64,000 bases of DNA from Azolla caroliniana (Eukaryota > Plantae > Polypodiophyta), in assembly GCA_043228905.1 (NCBI GenBank), contig JBHGNT010000003.1, forward strand, positions 24,304,001 to 24,368,000, written 5' to 3'. Position numbers and translations under genes: made by a program. Positions 13,701-21,620 of the stretch are shown here, piece after piece; position 1 is the first letter of the stretch, and each line of letters starts with the position of its first letter. Below the pieces are notes generated by a model. That model was not told the origin of the DNA, ran no database searches, and saw only the letters and a program-made list of their open reading frames with translations.

Positions 13701-14835
13701 GTTGAAGAAGAGCCTTTACGGACTGAAGCAGGCTCCCCGGCAGTGGTACCGGAAGTTCGACTCTTTCATGACCGACGAAGGGTACCACAAAACGCAGTCC
13801 GATCACTGCGTGTTTGTGAAGAAGTTTGAAGGAGGAGACTCTCTAATACTCCTCCTGTACGTGGACGACATGTTGATCGTCGGACGAGACCAGGTCAAGA
13901 TACGGATGTTGAAGAAAGCGCTTCACCGAACCTTCTCAATGAAGGACCTGGGTCCGACGAGGCAAATACTAGGGATGCACATCATCCGGGACCGGAAGAA
14001 GAAGCAGTTGTGGCTGTCACAGGAGAAGTACGTGACAAAGGTGCTTCACCGGTTCAACATGTCGGAAGCAAGACCGGTCGGGTCAACCCTCCCGGCAAAC
14101 TGCAAGTTGTCCAGCAAGCAAAGCCCCAAGACAAAGGCTGAGAAGGAGGACATGATGAAAGTACCATATGCCTCTGTCGTCGGAAGCTTGATGTACGCAA
14201 TGGTGTGTACAAGACCGGACATAGGATATGCAGTCGGAGTGGTGAGCCAGTACATGAGCAATCCCGGCAAAGAGCACTGGAACGCGGCCAAGTGGATACT
14301 CCGATACCTGAAGGGCACGACAAACGTGTGCCTCCGATTCGGCTCCGGTAAGCCCGAACTCGACGGCTTTACCGATTCGGACATGTCGGCTGATGCAGAT
14401 ACCAGCCGGTCCACATCAGGATATGTGATGATGTATGCAGGGGGAGCTGTTTCGTGGCAGTCGAGGCTGCAGAAGACGGTTGCGTTGTCAACCACGGAGG
14501 CGGAGTACATGGCGGTTGTTGAAGCCGGCAAGGAAATAATATGGATGAAGGACTTCATTAGAGAGCTCGGTATCCGGCAAGAGGAGTACCGACTCTACTG
14601 CGATAGTCAGAGTGCCATCCACCTTGCGAAGAACGCGGCCTATCACTCCCGGACGAAGCACATCCAGCGAAGATATCACTGGATCCGAGAAAGGATAGAA
14701 GACCAGGAGTTCGTGCTGACGAAGATCCACACGGACGAGAACGGGTCGGATATGCTGACCAAGGTGCTCACACCCGACAAGCTGGAAGCATGCCGGAAGA
14801 GGATCGGATTGGAGAGACATCCCATGCCGAAGTGA
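10762..14835 (+). CDS. Copia gag-pol polyprotein (1357 aa, uninterrupted)
   Basis: CFYCGKPGHFQKNC knuckle; protease WVVDSGASFH; GAG-pre-integrase LWHKRLCH; integrase VHTDV...PELNGLAERMNRT; GKLDPK; RT YVDDM; RH STTEAEY...SDMLTK. Confidence 0.98.
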   Translation: MEGGGSGPPGMMVLNSQNYADWKIKMEDLLIVRDLYEPIENAEIPKGVIESEWKLLNRKAVATIRQYVDVSVLQHVANDTNAYEMWQKLSGLYERKNALTRTSLMRKIVNLKYRDGESMVEHVSTFMGFVNQLAAIKFPLDDAMQAIMLMCTLPESWENLVVTLSTSCKEENLSLLTVKTSILNEEARRRDKEPASDSKALLTESERGRQQNRSPQRREKSGTRSQSRGRPTCFYCGKPGHFQKNCRHFRKDNGTDGTDLKKSPERNGAYRGATDRRGPDRRGQDRKGTTALAASEEEIMLITEERELNLAGEEMTWVVDSGASFHLTPEKKYFSSYTAGEHGCVRMGNEGTCRIAGIGDVWLTTSTGCKMLLKDVRHVPEVRLNLISAGRLDDEGYTGSIRNGVMKFSKGSLIVARARKVNTMYLMNSRLCPEELNVAADTAGELWHKRLCHMSEKGMKRLAEDNLIPVKHVHLGKCTDCLAGKQNRTSFHSRPPTRRSVPLELVHTDVCQVETKSHGGAQYFVTFIDDHSRKLWTAPLKTKDQVLSVFKELHARVERESGKKLKALRADNRGEYRGQFEEYCRSKGIRLEFTVPKTPELNGLAERMNRTIMERVRSMLAHAKLPKGFWAEAMLTATYVINRSPSVPLDGDTPQKVWTGKEVSYRHLKVFGCLAYVHVAKDRRGKLDPKTWPCIFLGYGDDEFGYRVWDPVDKKIFRSRDIIFMEDKTLADWESEKKMKSSKSTGENQLYEEQSRPARDRLALEDPAEDGEEKEPAEEDETDTGTGPDPEMDSDEEETEEPVTEAPERRYPLRERRAPRRFPDPEHVLLTDEGEPESFEEAKHDTQSRKWLSAMQEEMDSLHENHTYELVELPKGKRALRNKWVFKLKPGDAGNPPRYKARIVVKGFQQKKGVDFDEIFALVVKMTSIRTVLSIAASMDLEVEQMDVKTAFLHGDLEEEIYMQQPEGFEKKGKEHLVCRLKKSLYGLKQAPRQWYRKFDSFMTDEGYHKTQSDHCVFVKKFEGGDSLILLLYVDDMLIVGRDQVKIRMLKKALHRTFSMKDLGPTRQILGMHIIRDRKKKQLWLSQEKYVTKVLHRFNMSEARPVGSTLPANCKLSSKQSPKTKAEKEDMMKVPYASVVGSLMYAMVCTRPDIGYAVGVVSQYMSNPGKEHWNAAKWILRYLKGTTNVCLRFGSGKPELDGFTDSDMSADADTSRSTSGYVMMYAGGAVSWQSRLQKTVALSTTEAEYMAVVEAGKEIIWMKDFIRELGIRQEEYRLYCDSQSAIHLAKNAAYHSRTKHIQRRYHWIRERIEDQEFVLTKIHTDENGSDMLTKVLTPDKLEACRKRIGLERHPMPK

Positions 14836-14845
14836 AGGGGGAGTT

Positions 14846-15495
14846 TGTTGGGATTTCGGTCCCTCCGGATGGGATGTCCGGAGATGAATGACGGCAAGCC
14901 CGGTTGCGGTTACGGAACCGGAAGATGAAGAGTACCCGGCATGAAGCCGGATGAAGAAGACCCCGGCTATGGAGCCGGATGATGAAGACCCCGGCTACGG
15001 AGCCGGATGACGAATGCACCCGGAGAGAGATCCGGATGCGGGGACATATCTGTGAATATGTTTGCCAAGGGCCCTTGAGGCTATATTTGTAAATAGCCCG
15101 AAAGTCATATGTGTATAAATATGACTTAGGGCAAACAGTTTATGTGGTTGTTACTCATTTTTCTGTTTTCCACTTAGAGGGAGCTAAGTGAGCAGCCGAG
15201 AAATAGAGAGAGAGAGAGAGAGAGAGAGAGACGAAGAGGTCGTTGCCTCTGTGTATTACCGCCACCTGTGGCGAAGACAGTGAGCTCAAGGTTGTTGCCT
15301 TGAAGCTTCACCATTGTACATCTCTGTTTATAGTGATAGTTGGAGTTTGAGGACTCCCGTGGTTTTTCCCATTTAGGGTTTTCCACGTAAAACATCCAGT
15401 GTACTCTTCTCTCTATTGTCTTCGTGCATTTTGTATTTCCTGTTTTCAGTGAGTTGATCCTATTCCTCGGTGGTGGCCGAGCACTGTGTTTAACA
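14846..15495 (+). repeat. Copia 3' LTR (650 bp)
   Basis: Matches the 5' LTR apart from about three substitutions, one extra internal repeat unit and a shorter (GA)n. Confidence 0.97.
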
Positions 15496-18303
15496 AAGGA
15501 AACATAATCGATTGGGGAATCATCACAGGCGAAGGACTCTGCGCCGCCTTAGCCTCATTTCAGTCCGGTAAGAAGATGTTGTCTGTTCTTACCCACTTTT
15601 TGATGGTTCTATACCCACCCTCTTCTCTTCCTTCCCCTCGCACACTCACGTCCCCACCACCACCACGAAGGCAGAAAGAGAAATTCGTTGCCATCAGCCA
15701 CGAAGCATGGGAGGAGCCCACATCGCCTCCACCTCCTTCCGCTGACCAAAACCCCGCATCTGCACCACCACCCACTCAACCCCAACAAAAAGGGCAGTTT
15801 CCGAGACCTGCCAAGAATGGGAGGAGGAGGTAGCCACGGAAGATAACACGGTTGATGATGTCACCATTCGACAACCAACGTCGCGCCCCTCGGTAACTTC
15901 CCCAGGGCCTAGCCCATGCCCCAACACACAACAGGCTGCACCACCATGACCCCAGAAAAGGAAGCAGGCGGAGGAAACGACACTACCGGCGCCGGAACCC
16001 CAAACACAGCCGAGCAAGAGAAGACGACTCAACCACGAGTCCTCGGAAGAACAGAAAGAGCCACAACAGGAGCAAGCCTTAGTTGTTAGACAGAGCAACT
16101 TGGCCATCATCCCTGAGGAGGCATCGTTGAACCAGGGAAAGATCGAGCATGGCCAGACAACGCAGATCTCGGAGGATGAAGTCCTCGGGTATAAGGACCT
16201 CCCCGCGAAGGCTTACGAATTTAGTACGCTCCTACGCCTCGGTACGACATTCGAGCTGGTCGACTTCCTCGCCAGAGCCCAAGTCGCGGCAGCCGCTCGA
16301 ATGGCGGAGGAGCACGCCGAAACAAAAATGATTCAACGCGCGCTAATAGGTGAAATTGAGCCCCAGGAGGACAGGGCTTTACAAAAAATCGGGAGAAAGA
16401 AGCAAGCAAAACAGGCCGCTCTCCTCATGGAGGTCCCCGAGTTGAACACAACCCTTATCGAGGCATATCGGGACCTGGATCGCACTACGCGGGCAGCCAA
16501 AGACATGGCCCGAAAGATAAAAATAGCCCAAAAACAGGCTAAGATGGCCACAAAATTATGGCAAGCTGCGAACCAGAAGATGGCAGCCTGGGAGCAAAAC
16601 CGGCCGGAACAACAACTCTTGAGCCTTCCGGTCACGACCACCGAGGCCCTACCAACGCCTCCACGCATAACAATGATGGATGAAAGCACCATCACCGACT
16701 CAATCCTGACGATGCAGGCCAGTACACAAACGGACTCGTTACAAATGGTCGATGCCTGCACAACAACCGAGGCACCCACGCCCATGGAGAAGACCGAGAT
16801 ACCACCACCTCGTGCACCCAAGGAGGTGGCAACCTAGACAAAACCCCCGCTCCGGGATTACCGTGCGGAGCTTAAAGAAGAACAACGGCGAACCGAGAGA
16901 CACGAACAACGACATCAAGAGGCGATGGCTCGCCTAAAAGAAGAAGCTTCCAAGCAGATGGCTGAGATGAGAGCCCAAGCCGACCAAAGGATACACGAGC
17001 ATAACGAAGCACTGGGTCGGGTACAAGCGCAAGCCGCAGGCAAAGAAGTCGAACTCAAAAGCAAGTTGGAGGAATACATAGCCACAGTGGCGAAGAAAGA
17101 GAAGGAGGTTCTAGACCTACACGCCGCGCTCGACAATGCGAAAGACTGGAACCATCGGCAGGAGGAAAGAAATCGCCAACGGGAGGAGAGGATGATCGCG
17201 GAGAATGCCGACCTGCAGAGTCAACGTACGACCCTTAAAGAAATGGCTGACGAGTTTTTCATCAAATGCAAGCTACTTTCGGAGCAAAAAGACGAATTAT
17301 CGGATTCCTACTTCACCCTACAAGAAGAGAGAATCGTCGAACGGGAACAAATCCGGGCCACGTGTCAAAAAGAACGGGAGCAAGCCACCGAAGAACTCAC
17401 CAAGCGTTACGAGCAGGCTCTCCAGCTCGTAATCGCGGATGCAAAGAACACTCAAGCCATCTATGAGCTAAGAGCACAGAAGATTCAGGCCGAGGTCGAC
17501 GGCTTAAAACAGGAATTAGCAGCCATCAGAGCACAGCCCGGCATGGATGAGACACGCATCAGAATACTGATCGAGAAACAGCGCCAACACCTGACCAAAA
17601 AGGTCGAGGAAACATTAAGTCGTGCAGGAGACGAATGGGCAACCCAAGCTGCCGAGTTGCATATTTTACGCGCCGACGCCGAGAACCGACGGAAGGAGGG
17701 CCGCGGCTTCTACAAAATGGACGAAGCCAGCATACAAAACCTGCGTGCAGATTTAACCGAGGATTACCAGTCCTTGGCAAAATCTCACACCGCGGCAATC
17801 GAGCAAATAATGGAGGACTTCAATGACGGTCAGATGTTGTTTCGCCTGGAAGCAGAAGCCTTCGAACGAGAACGACTCGCAGCCATCCCAACCAGCCCTC
17901 CAACGGCCATAGAGCAGAAGGAAGAACCTTCCAGCAAGGAGATCACGGACACAGCACAAGAGGAACTTGCCCCGGCCAACAGACATTCCATGGACGCCCA
18001 CATGGTACCAGATCCTATTGAAGTAGAGGTCAACGCCCACGAACCCACACCCCCACCAGAAGAATCGGTCGCACCTGAGGCGGACGCCCGAGAAGATATG
18101 ACACCCCCAGACCAAACTAAACCCCCCGCACCGATAGTCCAACCAGACCACCCTGCCACCACCCCGGACCACGAAAACATCCTCGACATCTTAAAAGAGG
18201 AATGAAACGAGGATCACGCCTAAAAGGCAATTTTTGTAATATTGTTAGTATTTTGTAAGTCGTGGGTCCGACGGACAAGGTCCTGTCCCACGGGCGTGCC
18301 AGG

Positions 18304-18759
18304 TGTTGTCCAGAGGACAAAAATGTAAAATTATGAAATTCGCAAACGCCGAGTCCGAGTATCACGGGCCACCAACGGCTCGGCTGTGTATTAGGGGAAA
18401 AGTTATTTAAACGAGGACCAGTACCTCAGAGAGGCAGAGAAGAAAAATATAGGCAGAAGCACTAGCTTAGTCCCTCGTAACTAGATAAACTTTTAAGGTC
18501 ACCGGCCATAGGCCGTGTTCTGTAATCTTTTCTGTCATAGTAATATATCTGATTTGTGCCCATTTTGCTCCATGAGTCTGTGCTTTGATCCATACCTATG
18601 AGTTCAACGCCGCCCACGCCTATCAAGACCTCGCTAGTGTTTTCTCTTTGAGCCCTGTCTCTCTCTCGATGCCTCTGTTACGAGCCTTCACGTACCACGC
18701 CCTTGAATACCGATAGCCGCAGATCTATCGAAGGTGTTCACCCAAAGGAACGGGTAACA
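18304..18759 (+). repeat. 3' LTR of the Gypsy element
   Basis: Direct repeat of 3319-3774, followed by the TSD CCCAT. Confidence 0.97.
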
Positions 18760-19354
18760 CCCATTAGTTGATCGAGTCACATGGCACGTGACGTATAAAG
18801 AATCAATTCAATATCGAGAGGGTGACTTGGTCGCATTGTTTTCTTTGACATTGATTGTGGGTTGCTCGCCGAAGAGGTCTTTTTGTTTGCCATGCAGATT
18901 GTGTGTCTTCACGTTTGCTTCAAAGACATAGGTTTCTACTTGCTAGCTAATAACATACTTGTAGGACAATTCCCACTTTAGCAATGTTATTCCGCTTTAC
19001 TTGAAGATGGATTGATCTCCTACTTCTTTTGTTTTGTCTTTTTACTTGGCTTCCTTGTGGGCATCGTTCACTTTCCAAAGTTCTTCCATCTTGGTTTGCT
19101 GTAAAGAAACAATTTTCTCCAATACCATTTACTCGAGTAAGTCTATGGTATAGTTAGACTTAACACTTGAGACTGAAATATTCTTATCCACAACTTGAGA
19201 TTTTTATGACAAACAACGGAAAAAATCTAGACAAAACACAACACGCAAAAGCAATGGTGGGGTAGTACACAAAGTTGGAGATGGTGTTTTCGGCAATCTC
19301 ATTGATACGTTAAAGATCATATTTGAGAGTTCCCTTGCGTTCTCTCTAACAAAT

Positions 19355-19807
19355 CAGCAACATTTCGGTTCGGTTTGGTTCGAGAGTGTCCTAACTGAAC
19401 CGTTTAAAATTTTTGAAACCTGAAGAGAACTAAACCAAACCATGAAACTGTTAAACCAAAACCGTTTAAAATCGAACCGTTAGGTAAAAATCCAAACCGT
19501 GAAACCATTAAACCGTGGTTTCGGTTTTCAAAATACAAAATTTAAAATTATTATTATTATTATTATTTCAAATATTAACTTTTCAATATTTTAAAGATCT
19601 TTTCTAAAATGTGAGAATTAGGCTTAAAAATGAAAAGGTTGTTAAACAAAATTAATTAAAACCATCAAACCGTTTAAATCACTAATTCAAACCGTTTTAA
19701 CTAAACCGAACTGAACCGTTCACCCCCCAAACCGTTAAGAAAAACTCGAATAAAACTGTTAAGCCATGGTTTCACGGTTCAATTTGGTTCAAACCGAACT
19801 GTTGCTG
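19355..19807. mobile_element. Non-autonomous DNA transposon (hAT-like MITE)
   Basis: 16-bp TIR CAGCAACA(T/G)TTCGGTT (15/16), many subterminal AAACCG/CGGTTT motifs and an AT-rich core. Related to 50281-50755. No clear TSD. Confidence 0.7.
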
Positions 19808-20797
19808 ATTGTTAATTCTCTCCACCAAGACCTACCAAGCTTGCTTGAAGCAAGCCTTAAAGGTGTGATGCAACCTCCAAGCCATGAGTTCCCTATGTGT
19901 GTATGTATATTTTGAGTTATAGTCTCCACAATACGCTAACCAGTCAACTTTTTTTCTCTAATGTGTCTTTTTACATCACTTGTTCGATGGTCTCCATGCA
20001 ATATCACAACATGTAATTTGAAGTAAAACTTTATTTGGTAGGTATTGTAAATGAGCTTGACAAGCACCTTGTCTCAAGAATAGTTATCTTTGTCAAAGGT
20101 TCATGAAAAGAAATTCTCACAACTCCATGAAAGAAAATGATAGTAAGTTGTTTGAAATGGGAAGCAAAAACAAATTGGTAGATATCATCGTGACTCTCAA
20201 ACTCATGGATGGTGGTCGTATTGAACCGGATACTATAGGTAGTCATTTCTTGGGACTCCTGCATCTAATACACATAGAAAGTGATTTCATAATCATACTT
20301 TATGTCCTTTGTCAAATTTGGCATGTCCTTGGAAATTTTAGATACGTGCAAAATCTCCTCGTTTGTAACATAAGATGGCAAGGAATAAATACACGTTCTG
20401 TGCAAGTAGAGAGGTGATAAGTCCTATTATTGCTAGGGCAACTTTAAAGGTTTCCAATCAAGCTTGCCACAAGTTGCTAGTATGAATCAACGACAAAGCA
20501 TGAAATGCATATAAAATCGTTGCAATATTCTTCAAATTTTAAGTTTCTTTATTGCTCTCCTTTTAGTGATCTCTTCTCCAACCTCACTATTTAATTTATT
20601 TTTGATTTTGCCTATTTTTTTATTGATAGCTTGAATTACCATAAGAACGTGAGCGTCTTGGTAGGATCAATAAGGATTTGTTGTCTTGTCTTGTTCTAGC
20701 ATGTATGTTACTTTTTTATAGAGAGAGGTTATATTAAATACACGCATTACATATTCAGTATATATATATATCTTTTTAACATCTACAGAGATCTATT

Positions 20798-21070
20798 ATC
20801 AGTTTACTAGAAGGGGCCTAACCTATGGTGAGGAAGTTTATATATATATATATATATATATATGGATGGGTGTAGCTCAGTTGGTAAGGTTGCCCAATGG
20901 AGACCAGGTGGTCATCAGTTTACTAGAAGGGGCCTAACCTATGGTGAGGAAGTTTATATATATATATATATATATATATGGATGGGTGTAGCTCAGTTGG
21001 TAAGGTTGCCCAATGGAGACCAGGTGGTCATCAGTTTACTAGAAGGGGCCTAACCTATGGTGAGGAAGTT

Positions 21071-21106
<36 letters not shown>

Positions 21107-21218
21107 CATACATATATATATATATATATATGGATGGGTGTAGCTCAGTTGGTAAGGTTGCCCAATGGAGACCAGGTGGTCATCAGTTTACTAGAAGGGG
21201 CCTAACCTATGGTGAGGA

Positions 21219-21286
<68 letters not shown>

Positions 21287-21477
21287 CATACATATATATA
21301 TATATATATATATGGATGGGTGTAGCTCAGTTGGTAAGGTTGCCCAATGGAGACCAGGTGGTCATCAGTTTACTAGAAGGGGCCTAACCTATGGTGAGGA
21401 AGTTTATATATATATATATACATATATGGATGGGTGTAGCTCAGTTGGTAAGGTTGCCCAATGGAGACCAGGTGGTC
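20798..21477 (+). repeat. Five-unit tandem array: constant 41-nt block + variable (TA)n + truncated tRNA-like head
   Basis: Units start at 20798, 20914, 21030, 21182 and 21364 (lengths 116, 116, 152, 182, 114). The non-microsatellite parts are identical. Confidence 0.95.
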
Positions 21478-21620
21478 ATGGGTTCAACCCCTACATTCCA
21501 CAGTGATATCTAATGAAATAAGAGATATATATTGTCTAATAGAGAGGTGAGAAAATAGGGGTTTCGAACCTAAGATGTCGTGCTAGTAGTGTACACGACT
21601 TACTACTAGGGTAAGCTAAT
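21428..21620 (+). mobile_element. tRNA-derived dispersed repeat (SINE-like) with two convergent tRNA-like modules
   Basis: Plus strand has A box TAGCTCAGTTGG (21437) and B box GGTTCAACCC (21481). Minus strand has A-box-like TACCCTAGTAGTAA (~21613) and B box GGTTCGAAACC (21570-21560). A homologous copy lies at ~60143-60328. Confidence 0.7.

Larger units (their letters stand above)
10095..15495 (+). mobile_element. Full-length young Ty1/Copia LTR retrotransposon (Tnt1/Tork-like), nested in the Gypsy eORF
   Basis: LTRs 10095-10730 and 14846-15495 (TGTTG...TAACA). TSD AAGGA at 10090-10094 and 15496-15500. Met-i PBS TGGTATCAGAGC at 10734-10745; PPT GAAGGGGGAG at 14834-14843. Confidence 0.98.
9705..18205 (+). 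pseudogene. Extra ORF (eORF) downstream of pol, ~1030 codons when the Copia is removed; N-terminal globular part plus long Pro-rich and coiled-coil-like C-terminus
   Basis: 9705-10094 joins in frame across the AAGGA TSD to 15501 (...IINAYEG|NIIDWGIITG...). One frameshift lies near 15800. ORFs 16100..16837 and 16925..18205 are in the same frame, separated by a single TAG. Confidence 0.85.
3319..18759 (+). mobile_element. Full-length Ty3/Gypsy LTR retrotransposon (non-chromovirus, Athila/Selgy/Phygy-like organisation) with a large extra ORF; contains a nested Copia
   Basis: Two 456-bp LTRs (TGTTG...TAACA) and a 5-bp TSD CCCAT at 3314-3318 and 18760-18764. PBS at 3780. Domain order is gag-PR-RT-RH-INT, with no chromodomain or second RNase H seen. 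Confidence 0.97.

Noticed and set aside
10807-14820. Many antisense ORFs over the retroelement coding regions
   Set aside because: They are shadow ORFs of GC-rich coding sequence with no recognisable motifs.
20798-21477. CRISPR array
   Set aside because: The spacers are only (TA)n microsatellites, the repeats are ~90 bp, there are no cas genes and the context is eukaryotic.
21428-21500. Functional tRNA gene
   Set aside because: A and B boxes are present but the anticodon and T stems pair poorly, and a diverged copy with shared flanks shows it is a dispersed repeat.
20862-21506. Short ORFs with YIYIYI runs
   Set aside because: They are translations of the (TA)n array.
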